From contig OZ316892.1 in assembly GCA_973895155.1 (NCBI GenBank), positions 17,164,357-17,228,356 on the forward strand: a DNA stretch of 64,000 bases, given 5' to 3'. This DNA comes from Marsupella aquatica. Its lineage: Eukaryota; Plantae; Marchantiophyta. Positions 53,839-64,000 of the stretch are shown in pieces (position 1 is the first letter of the stretch; each line of letters opens with the position of its first letter). The notes beneath the pieces are model-generated. The model had not been told where the DNA came from, ran no database searches, and saw nothing but the letters and a program-made list of their open reading frames with translations. Position numbers and translations under genes: made by a program.

Positions 53839-53921
53839 AAGATAAGGCTTAGCGAGGAACGGAGGCAGAGAAGGGTCCAGACACCTCGACACCAACCTTG
53901 TTGAGGAGGCATGGCCTGCAT
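51999..53921 (-). CDS. NF-YA: Nuclear factor Y subunit A (CCAAT-binding, HAP2). Exons: 53921-53897, 53673-53555, 53287-53216, 52981-52814, 52466-51999 (283 aa)
   Basis: [25 protein letters not shown] (A1) and [24 protein letters not shown] (A2), plus plant motifs [19 protein letters not shown] and RMPLP. GT-AG introns keep frame. Start codon is less certain. Confidence 0.94.
53757..53834. repeat. Imperfect (GA)n microsatellite in the first coding intron of NF-YA
   Basis: Directly visible. Confidence 0.9.
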
Positions 53922-54586
53922 CCTGCTGAGTTGACAACTGCGCGTCCGAGCTCACTTTCTCCGCTGTCTTTAGAACTTCGCGTCCGAGCTCACTTTCTCC
54001 GTTGGAATAATTCGATAGAACGTCCCTTCTAAAGGCGATCGACAGGGGAGGTTGTAATCAGGACCGGAGTGTGATTTCACGTGAGCTTTGTGCTGACGAG
54101 TAAGACCTAATGTAGTTCGCACCGTGCCTATTTCTTCCTGGAAAAATTTGAGCCCCCCCCACCCATCCTCCCTTCCCTTCCTCCCTGCCTCCCTCCCTCC
54201 CCCTCTCTCTCCGTGTATGGTTCCAAATCGTACTCGAGCCAATCTACATATCTGTGAGGCAATTGAACAACCGAAACCCGCAACCAGTCGCTTTCGGTCA
54301 CGGAAGAAATTATGATTGCAAGCCCGAAAACTACTCTACATCTGTTTCTCCTCTAGGGCTCGACAGATAAAGCACCCCAAGGAAAAAAATTGACTTAGCA
54401 CGGAACAAGCCACGTTCGAATCATATGAAAACCTGAAACGTAATTGCGCATGCCAGTCGGCCCTGAGAGGCTCCGTTGCCTCGACCAAACCGAAAGAAGC
54501 AGCGGCAGCAGAAGGGGTGCTTCGAATGAGCTAATCAACAACAACGATTGGCATCCACCTTTTTGCCTCATAAGAACGGGACATCC

Positions 54587-54665
54587 TTCGCTTTTTATAG
54601 GGAGGGGGATGCTCGGATGGACCCCGTCTATCTTTCGCTTTTTATAGGAAGGGATGCTCGGATGT
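54587..54665 (-). promoter_or_regulatory. Duplicated TATA module (CCTATAAAAAGCGAA twice, 47 bp apart) upstream of NF-YA
   Basis: TATAAAAA on the minus strand at 54599-54592 and 54646-54639, each inside a copy of ttcgctttttatagg...gggatgctcggatg. Confidence 0.55.
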
Positions 54666-54919
54666 ACCTGTCCAGCTGGAATACTAGATAGACACCAAAT
54701 CAAATCTATCTAATAAAAAATATAAACGGTATGTGCTTATAATAAATCTGGAAAATCATGCTATAATTGGGATGGACTAATTGAGAATATTTCCTGCCAC
54801 CTTGCGAGTACAAATGGGGTCTATCTAAGTTGCAAACATCCATGGGAGCATTTTGGCAAACCTGGGGGTCTATCCGGGCTTCATTTATTATATTTATTAA
54901 TATTCCTAATTGTAATAAC

Positions 54920-55295
54920 TTGATATTATTGTAAATTCTAATATATTCAATTTTGAGTATGTGCTAGAATAGTGAATAATAAGCTACACCGTGGATTTTT
55001 GGTCATTTTGGTTGAGTTATTCATCATGGAATGCAACAGGGACAAATTCTATTAGACAAGCCCTATGGCCATGCGTTGCACAGCGCTAGGAGGGCCGGTC
55101 CATAGGGAATCGGGCCGGGGCATTTATGGGGCAGCATGGGGAAGCACATATGCGCAAGGGGTGCCCATTTTCTACATCAATGGTCAGGGAAAACAACCAA
55201 TCAAATCTAATGGATGTGGATCTTTCTCACCCATGAGCTTTTCTGTATTGGGACGAAGGAAGAAAAAAGGCGGGATCCGTTACTATAGTTGTATA
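54920..55295 (-). mobile_element. Second copy of the Helitron-like 5' fragment (A|TATACAACTATAGTA)
   Basis: Homologous to 10165-10551; similarity stops at the same terminal position. Left boundary approximate. Confidence 0.55.
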
Positions 55296-55591
55296 TTTTA
55301 TGTTCATTATCTTAATATGAAATATTCAGAAATCCATCCACCTTGCTCTGTCCTTAGATTCAAGAGTTTCTTGATCCTTTGATTGGCCATGAATCTCCGT
55401 AAATTTGCACCACCCTGATCAGACAAGTTGTCATTGCGTAGGTACAGCTGGATGGTTTGCTCAATTGACAGCTTGTATGGGAGCTTGCCTTCCCCAAAGT
55501 TTAACTTCAATTGCTTGCATTTTTGGTACCAACCTTTTACTAGCCCTGTTGATTGCAATGTCATCACTTAGGCGTGGTGCTTCGTTGGCTG

Positions 55592-55595
<4 letters not shown>

Positions 55596-55632
<37 letters not shown>
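55596..55632. repeat. (TC)n microsatellite, about 18 units
   Basis: Directly visible. Confidence 0.95.
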
Positions 55633-55634
<2 letters not shown>

Positions 55635-57656
55635 ATAAGTATGGACAGTACATACAAAAAAAGACAGAACGCTGACTAGGGTACGTCAATATTTGTAACA
55701 CTTAGTTGATGACATCTTAAAAGATTACACAGTATTCTAAACAATTTATGTATTTACACATGTAAAGTCTATGTATGGTCTGGATTCATCTCCATCTTAA
55801 ACGAGACACGTGGAATACACTAAAAGAGACATCCCAGATAGGGCAATCCTTGATAAATCTGCGCCAGCTACACTGGCGGCTACCCTAAAAACCTTGCCTA
55901 AATTTTAGAGCCACTCACATATGGCACGAGCCCTAACTTCGCACCACTTACCCCCATCCCATGTGCGGAAGAAACGACAGTCGCTCCACAACTAGTAGCA
56001 CGGATACCACGCCCAGGCCGGAGCAACAGAGGATCGTGGCACACAAGCAGCAGTGAAACCCCTCTGACCAAAGACGCAGGCTGTTTCGTTCAAAGATTTT
56101 ATCAAGATGGCGCGTGCAGGACAGGTATGTATACACAGAAGGCATTTTCTTAGTTAGTGCATGAATGATTGATGATTTCTACAAGCAGTTATGCAGTACC
56201 GGCTAGCCTAGTGTTGGCTCATGTCTCCCCGTTACCGCCGCGGCTCCAGGTAGCAGAAACATGGGACAAGGATTAAATGAAAATGATTCTTGATCCTACC
56301 CCAGGGACGGGGGCTGAACGAAGACCCTGGGGTATGTAATGCAGATCATGTCGCCTGCATCCTAACGCTAGTTGATGGTCTACATCATGCAACTTGACTA
56401 GCTGTGATGATGTACAGCCTAGATATCCTGGATTCATCCCGGATTACATTAGTCTGCGTAATACTAACCTGTGGATATATGCTGATTACTAAACGTGGCT
56501 TATACTGTGACCACTCTCTCTCGATCACTGTCACTCAACGAAAATTTCTTTTCCCCCTCAACACTGTGCATACGGCTGTCCACACCCTGCATCTGGCAAG
56601 GATAATACCCTCGGTCTAGTCCTATCGCTATTTAGCCTGGAGCAGCATAAGCATTTAGTAGCAGCTCTACCTATTATACGCGGAACAAATTACACTTGCA
56701 CTATTAATAACTAGATGGCTGATACAATGACGATGCTTTTCTCATTCATTACTATGCTCTGGCTCGACTATCTACTTTCACTCTAACTTTAACTCTAACT
56801 TTAACGCTACCCAGCCTATGATATTTCTATTTCTGATGACTTCATCTTTACCCGACTTGGATTTGTCCATGACTGCAATCCATGATTAATTCGTGACAAA
56901 ATGTCTATCGATAGTATGACCAGATAATGTGAATGATTCTGTATATGAGTATTAAATGAGATATTATTTGTTACCATGCTCGACGCTGTCTAGACTGCGC
57001 CTATGCTAGCTATGATTTAGTCCAAACTTGACATTGGCCTTGAATGGGTGTTTTTCTTATGAAATTATCTCTCTCTCTTCCCAGGTCCAGAGTTAAGTCC
57101 CCTTTTAATGATGTCGTGAGCAATCTGAATCCACTCTCTGTCTGCGCCTTGTATAAGCTTGGCAATGTGCCGCATCTTCAGGGTTTGGGCTTGCTCCTCA
57201 AATGGCTGAATTCGCAGACCTCTGTCTCCTTTGGCGTTGGCAATTATGTCCTTCCAGAAAATAAGGGCTTTCTTGCATCCTGTAGTTTGTGAGGGCCCAA
57301 CAGAAATTGTTTCCACACTCTTTCCATATACTTGTATAGGGTTTGATACCGCTCAAGTGTCATTAAGTGGTAGGTAGGGATGGATCGCAAGACATGTTTC
57401 AATAAGATAGACATGCCAACCATAGTCAAACTCCTGTTTGTCCAGTGGGAAAGCAGTTTCCTCAACTTCCCAATGAGAAAGGCAGCCTCATGTGAGGGCT
57501 TGACTTTATATCCAATCGGGCATCCTAGATATTCAGTGACCTCCCCCTCCTGAGAAAATTTGCAGCCAGTGGCTTGAAGCCAACTAGGGTAAATCCCGTC
57601 CTTCAGATGCAGGGAAATTATCTTTGATTTGTGCACACTCAGCAACGCTCCATAAA

Positions 57657-58924
57657 TCAAGAACTATAATACACAGTTGCGCCACTTTTTAGAGTGGTCG
57701 TCATTCAAATTTGCAGGGCACAAAAATTAAAAAATCTTGTCAAAGGTAAGCAATAAAGCCAAAGTGTGAATTGAGTTTAGTGTGAATCACAAAAAGTTGC
57801 ACCAGTGCTCAAGACAAGCAAAAATAATCACACGAGGCACACAAAAAAAGAAGTGAAAGACTTTAACACAATGCACAAGGATCAATGAGTATACATCCAT
57901 CCAAGTAAATATTGTACATATTCACATGCAAATTTGTATTGTATATTTATTGTACATATTTCAATATTGTGTGCATCATAATTTTGTATAATAGTGGTAA
58001 GAGTCCATAAAAGTAATTTAATTGCTAATAACATTTTAGTCACTAGATCAATAAAAAACTATTCTCCCAATATTTGTGGTGATTTTTACAGTCATTTGCA
58101 GTGTCATTTTCAATGCCAAAAAAAAACAAAAGTAATAAGGCCCAAAGACATAGTGAAGTGCGTGGCATGGGTGTTGATGGCAAGGTCTCAGGCGAGGGGC
58201 ACACTCGCAATGTAGGGTAGCCCCTCGATCTCACATGGGTGGGGAAGAGGGGCGGTGAACGAGTGGAGTGATGGTGAATGTGAAAAAGAGAAGACCAAAA
58301 ATAGGAAAAGGGGAAAAGGGGGAGGTTAAGGTTTGAAATGAACAATCTTTTTTCTTAACAACATCTTTTGTGCAATGCACGGGTATTTTCCTGAACGATG
58401 TCTTGGCCGACACAACATCTCTTCCCTCAACAATGTCTTTGCCAACACGACATCTTTTTTCTCAACAACATCTTGGCCGACATGACAATTGTTTTTTAAC
58501 TACATCTTGGTCAACACGACATCTTTTTTCTCAATGACTTCTTGGCCAAGACGACAACTTTTTTCTCAACGACCTCTTGGCTGACACGATATCTTTTTTT
58601 CTCAACGACTTCTTTTCTCTCAATGAATGACCTTTAGGGTGACTCGATATAATTTCTCTCCACGACCTCTTGGCCAACGCATCTTTTTTTCTCAACGACA
58701 TCTTGGCCAACGTGACTTCTTTTCTCTCAACAACCTCTTGGGCGACACGACATCTTTTCTCTTAATGACCTCTTGGGCGACACAACATTTTTTCTCTCCA
58801 AGACCTCTTGGCCGACACAACATCTTTTCTCTCCACGACCTCTTGGCTGACATGACATCATTTTTTCTCAACAAAATCTTGGCCGACTCGACTTCTTTTT
58901 TGCAACGCACAGGTATTGAGCTAG
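57657..58924 (+). mobile_element. Non-autonomous Helitron B (1268 bp) inserted in the LINE RT
   Basis: 5' A|TCAAGAACTATAATAC; 3' TGCAACGCACAGGTATTGAG-CTAG|T. Removal restores the LINE frame QQYENIYGALLSVHKS. ~32-bp tandem array at 58390-58890. Confidence 0.92.
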
Positions 58925-59199
58925 TATTCTCATATTGCTGAATAGCTTTCCTAGTAGAGGCAAACTCGTCTTCAGTGGAAGCAAGGAAAAGTCCAGTGTA
59001 GTTAGCAAAAAGTTGGTGGCACAACCGGCTGTCTTTTGTGATCTTCATTCCTTGGAGTTTTCCTAGCTCAAGTTTGGTTTTCAGCAGCTCCATCAGGGGT
59101 TGAATAGTAAGGTAAAGAGTAGGGAGGAGAGGGGGCAACCTTGTCTCACTCCTCCTTGCAGATCAATTGGTTCAGTGAAACTGCCATTGATGTGTTCCA

Positions 59200-59790
59200 C
59201 CATCAATGGCACACATCAATGGGAGGTCCTCAACCACCATCCCTTTGAGAGGTCCTCAACCAAATGGTGAGGAGCACCAAGATGGTTGGGAGTGCAGAGT
59301 TCTCCCAGTTCTACAACAAATTCAAACAGAGAACAGACCTCGTGGAGCAAAGCTTGCATGAGATTGAGGGCTGGCAGTGGGATTGGAATGGGAGAAACAC
59401 AGGCTACAGCTTCCCAAACAAGGTGTGGTCTAACTGTACCAAGAATGTGTTGATTGATGTCACTAAGCTTAATAGAAGATGGGGACAAATTAGCCCACAA
59501 TAGGAGTGGCAAAAAAAATGGCAAAATTTGTGGAGTGGATGGATTTCCTTAAGGTGCGCTTTTTCATTTGGCGTGTGTTGAACCACAGTTTTTTCACTAA
59601 TGGAAGGGCCAGCGATTGGGGAGTCAACAATGAAATTTGATCTATGTGCAAACTACAATTTGAGCACACTGAATGCCTTTTCTTGATGGCAAGAGATCCA
59701 AAGACTTGTTCGCTATTCTACGGCTCTACAGGTTGCTCGAGGAACAATATTGAGGCTTTGTGCTCCCCTTTTTACCAACAAAAAATAAAA
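59200..59790 (+). mobile_element. LINE ORF2 3' segment (zf-RVT-like region), sense orientation
   Basis: WQWDWNG...LNRRWG..EWQKKWQNLWSGW, then after a frameshift RFFIWRVLNHSFFTNGRA.DWG and a decayed Cys motif; A-rich tract near 59775-59790. Confidence 0.7.
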
Positions 59791-60215
59791 TAGATATGAA
59801 ATTTTAATGCTTGTGTTTTTAATGACTCTTCGTTCAATATTTTAGACTTCTTTTAAATGTATCAAATAAGATAAACAATTTTTAAGTACATTGCCACTAA
59901 TGATGTTTGAATTTATAATATTGTCATTGTTTTTTTAGTATTTACAAAAATGTCATAGTTTCATTATATAGTTCTCCTGGTTTCCTTGCCACTTTTTTTT
60001 TCGTATTTACAAAAATGTCCTAGTTTTAGTATATAGTTCCCCTGGTTCCTGGGTAAACTTGTCAATAGTGGCATTTTTATAAATACAAAAAAACAGTGAT
60101 ATAATTGTGAATGATAACATTTTTACTGGCAAAATACTTAAAAGTTGATAAGATAAAATAATATAAATTAAAATAAATTAAATTGGATTGCAATTTTTAA
60201 TTTAATAATAAAATT

Positions 60216-60426
60216 GATTAAAAATAGATGAAATCATAAGAGTATGGAGTATCCACCAAGGCTAGAAATAGATTTTGCATTTATATCACGGCGTAAACTA
60301 GATTAAAAATAAATGAAATCATAAGCGTACGGAGTATCCACCAAGACTAGAAATAGATTTTGCGATTAAAAATAGATGAAATCATAAGAGTATAGAGTAT
60401 CCACCAAGACTAGAAATAGATTTTGC
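60216..60426. repeat. Three copies of a ~63-bp unit
   Basis: gattaaaaatagatgaaatcataagagta.ggagtatccaccaag.ctagaaatagattttgc at 60216, 60301 and 60364. Confidence 0.9.
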
Positions 60427-60942
60427 ATAGCGTAAACCAAGGCTCAAAATAGAGGTGAAAGATCCAAATGTATTTTTGCATATCTCGCTAGATCTCTCTC
60501 CTAGAGTCTGGACAGCGACTTTTGCATTGTTCGGTCGTCAAAACACAGCTCTTTGCTGTGGTCTCTGATCTCTCTCTTGGAGTCTGGAGAGCAACTTCCG
60601 CGTAGTTCGGTCTTTAAATCAAAACTCTTTCCTGTGGCCTCTGCTGTTCTGCTGTGAAAGACTCATGTTTCCGAGATTTTTTGAATAGGATAATTTCCTC
60701 GTTAGAGGGCATTGTGGGATACAATGCCCTGAAAAAAGAGGGCAGTAGCCTGAGTTTTGAGGGCATTATTCTCATAATGCCCGTAACCAGGACGTATTGT
60801 GAATTTTTGATAATAAACAAGAATAAATGATTCCCTGAAATAAAAAATTTAAGTTAAAGGGTCATCCAAGAAATGGTTGCTATGGAATTGGCCAAAAATA
60901 TACCTTCTTTAGTTATATTAGATTATATATTCATATATATAT

Positions 60943-61672
60943 ATATTTTGTTAGTATCACCATATAAAATTGGGTTATCATCTTGAGATCTTGACTAAAT
61001 TTATTTATTTTTGTATGGTAAAACTATATTTAAGTTTTACCTTTACTATATTTATGTTATTTTGTATAATACTCTCCTCAAAAAAAGGGGTGCATTATGG
61101 AGCAAATGCTGAGGTAATCTGTTTCTCCTCTGATGATGATTGTGAGGAAATGCCACCCAAGAAGATCAGTAGAAGAGTTGCTTTGTACAAATCAATTCTT
61201 AAAGTGAAAACAGAACTTCATTACCTACATTACATGAAGCTGGTTTGTGTGAAAAGTTTTAAAAGAAAAAATTACCGACATTGTTTGGGATTTATGGATA
61301 TGGGTAAAATACAACCTTTAATTTTTCTTAGAGGAGTAAACAATTAAATGAAAAGTAAAGATTTGTTTTTTTGGCAAAGGGGTTTCAAAATAGTCAATAA
61401 GGCAATAATTTTAAGAAATTATTTTATTTTGCCAAAACGTAACTATTTTGAAGGAGATCCCTGCCTACTAATGAACTATTTTGAAAAAAAAATGTAACTA
61501 GGGTTTTCCAATTCATAGATATTTTGTTAGTATCACCATATAAAATTTGGTTATCATCTTAAGATCTTGACTAAAATTTTTAATTTTTTAAAGGTAAAAC
61601 TATATTTAAGTTACTTTTACTATGTTTATTTTGTTTTGTATCTACTACTAAAAAAAGGGGTGCATTATGGAG
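60943..61672. repeat. Pair of ~155-bp direct repeats (60943-61102, 61519-61672) upstream of DIM1
   Basis: atattttgttagtatcaccatataaaatt...aaaaaaggggtgcattatggag occurs twice. Confidence 0.85.
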
Positions 61673-61849
61673 AATTAATGCACTCAAATGTGCGAAGAGA
61701 AAAAATCACGAAAGGATTTACGTTTTCATTCCTCCCGCTTCGAACGGGCCGAGAGCACGAGCCATCAAAATTCGTTTGTGGAGGAGGTGCAGATTTCGCA
61801 TCGAGGGCTTCCATCAGCGAGCGATTGAGTTGGGGTTGGGTGGGTGAGA

Positions 61850-62278
61850 ATGTCGTACCTGTTGCCTCACTTGCACTCCGGATGGGCGGTGGACCAAGCA
61901 ATCCTAGCCGAGGAGGAGCGGGCCGTGGTCATCAGATTCGGCCACGATTGGGACGAGACCTGTATGCAAATGGACGAGGTGCTGGCATCCGTGGCAGAAA
62001 CGATCAAGAATTTTGCCGTTTTGTATTTGGTCGACATCAGTGAGGTCCCGGACTTCAACACCATGTATGAATTGTATGATCCCTGCACCATCATGTTCTT
62101 TTTCAGGAACAAGCACATCATGATTGATCTGGGCACCGGAAACAACAACAAAATCAACTGGGCTTTGAAGGACAAGCAAGAGTTCATCGATATTGTCGAG
62201 ACTGTTTACAGAGGAGCTAGAAAGGGACGAGGTTTGGTCGTTTCCCCTAAGGATTACTCCACCAAGTACCGATACTGA
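61850..62278 (+). CDS. YLS8: U5 snRNP thioredoxin-like protein DIM1/YLS8 (TXNL4A), 142 aa, no intron in the CDS
   Basis: MSYLLPHLHSGWAVDQAI...RFGHDWD.TCMQMDE...FFFRNKHIMIDLGTGNNNKINWA...RGARKGRGLVVSPKDYSTKYRY is the near-invariant Dim1 sequence. Confidence 0.98.
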   Translation: MSYLLPHLHSGWAVDQAILAEEERAVVIRFGHDWDETCMQMDEVLASVAETIKNFAVLYLVDISEVPDFNTMYELYDPCTIMFFFRNKHIMIDLGTGNNNKINWALKDKQEFIDIVETVYRGARKGRGLVVSPKDYSTKYRY

Positions 62279-62371
62279 AGAGTTTCTATCGTCAGTGCCA
62301 TTTTCCCGTCCCGAGACAGCGTCCCTCCACCATGGTCCCCACCCGCTCTCAGGTGTTGTGTAGCCTGCAAG

Positions 62372-62573
62372 TCAAAGCACTCGGCTCTTCTAGTTTTTAA
62401 AGAATCGAGCTGAGTGTGTATTAGGGTTTCGTCGTTATGTTGCAATTCAAAGCACTTGGCTTTCTAGTTTTTAAAGAAAATAGCTGAATGCGTTTTAGGG
62501 TTTCGTCGTTATGTAGCCTGACGATCGACTACAGCAACGATCGTTATGTAGCCTGACGATCACTACAGCAACG
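62372..62573. repeat. Short tandem duplications (~75 bp twice, ~35 bp twice) in the probable DIM1 3' UTR
   Basis: tcaaagcact.ggct...tagggtttcgtcgttatg occurs twice; tcgttatgtagcctgacgatc.actacagcaacg occurs twice. Confidence 0.8.
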
Positions 62574-64000
62574 TTCTGTAGGGAATCTTAATTCAGAGGG
62601 AAGCAAGATGAGACGATTTTATAACTCACAGCTTACTCATTAGTATCCAAATGAGGGATATTTTGATGCGCACCTTCGCTTGTTTCTCGAAGGTGGAATT
62701 TGTTATCATTGATTAAGCATCAGATCACATTTGTGGCTCTCAACTTTCACCGGGACATTTAATGTGCTTCGAATCCAATATGCAAGCTCCCTTTGTGTAC
62801 GTTCAGCCTAGTGAACCAGATCTTTGTATTTTTTAGTACTGATTAAGTTTCCGCCATCTGTGCAATTTCGAAAGTGTGACAAACATTTCCACTGACTGAT
62901 ACCTTCAAGGTACTATATTTTAAGAGTAGTGCTCTCGTGTAAGACTTTGAAAATATTGTTTACCATCACTTCTGGGTCTTCTGGTGAGAATTGTGATGAC
63001 TGCTCGTCTTGTTCCTACTAGTTCACCGTGGATTTCAGATTTTGTCTTGTGCGCACGCTGCTGTCAAAGCTCCCTACAGCAATCAGTGAAAGTGGAGGGC
63101 CATTTGGAGCTTGCTCAACATGTTCGGTTCCAGCTTGTTCATCATGTGCAGCCATACTGAGGAAGACCGTTTTGTTCTCACTTTGGAGGGCTTTCAAGTG
63201 TGCTGTGAGCTTTAGTAGTCCGTAGAATGAGTGCAATTTAGTACGGAGCTTATTTCAGTGTTAAAGGAAATCTAGGCAGCGAAAACCTCGGGCAGGAATC
63301 TTGTCTAAGAACGACACATGGTGTTCAGAGGTGATTAGGTGCGGAATTGTTTCCATTTCCTAGATAGAGCCCCACTTTTCAAGCGAATTTGCTCTTATTG
63401 TCCCTCATTAAAGTGAATGATGACTCATCCAGTCGATGCAAATTAGCCAATTCTAGAGAGGTGAAGAAGAGACCCACTGATGACAGATATTATGGTTATT
63501 TTCCCGTGAATGAGCTGAAATTTACAATGCTTGATACAAACACTGATCGATATATCTTCAAAGACAATTCCTCCACGACGGCAAGCGGTAATGATTTGAC
63601 ATACTGGGATTGTACACTTAGTGAAGTTGTTTCAGATAGTTACGGATAATTCGCTATGTGGAGTCATAAGTCGAATTGCTTAATGTGTGATTTCCAGACC
63701 TGTAAATGATCCCCAATGAACATCTGACTACTCCTTGTCTCCGAGATTTTGCCTGTCTGCTTGGTCCAGGGGCTACATTCCGGAGTGAATGAAACCCAGA
63801 AAGACTTTGTAGACGACGTCACCTTATTTGAATCTGGAGGGTTTGGTGACGAAACGAGAAATTAAATGTCTATAGTATCCTCAAGAACTGCGCTCCACTG
63901 TTTCTGCGAGAACTTCGTAGCCCAGGAAATTCAGTATCCATTGACGAGTCGTGACGGTAGCCTTAGGTGGCGGAATCTTGCGGGTTTGATAGAACGGAAC

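Larger units (their letters stand above)
55300..59195 (-). mobile_element. L1-like LINE ORF2 relic, inverted segment, in pieces 59195-58925, 57656-57067 and ~55600-55300
   Basis: GVRQGCP; LCHQLFANYTGLFL (decayed FADD); GALLSVHKS; YLGCP; LLKHVLRSIPTY; WKDI..AKGDRGLRI; LVKGW. The pieces are colinear once two insertions are removed. Confidence 0.8.

Overview
Eukaryotic nuclear DNA from a land plant (spliceosomal introns, plant gene and transposon families, a plastid-derived insert); a bryophyte such as a liverwort is a guess, not shown. Four host genes: NOT2/VIP2 (13 coding exons, minus), a PRP43/DHX15 DEAH helicase (7 exons, plus), an NF-YA subunit (5 exons, minus) and an intronless DIM1/YLS8 (plus). 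The intergenic space is transposon-rich. A decayed Ty3/Gypsy chromovirus (13046-28118) appears to have non-canonical AGT...ACT LTR termini with a GGGCC target-site duplication. A very young Ty1/Copia element (21418-27911) is nested in its 5' LTR and has an AC-element (MYB-site) array and an in-frame stop between gag and pol inside a possible 45-nt intron. Also present: a CACTA transposase relic, two complete non-autonomous Helitrons with stacked terminator hairpins (one splitting a LINE RT exactly in frame), two Helitron-like 5' fragments upstream of genes, a LINE relic with 5'-inversion geometry, and a degraded plastid insert (trnI-trnA, ndhA-like). All alignments were made by eye; no database searches were run.
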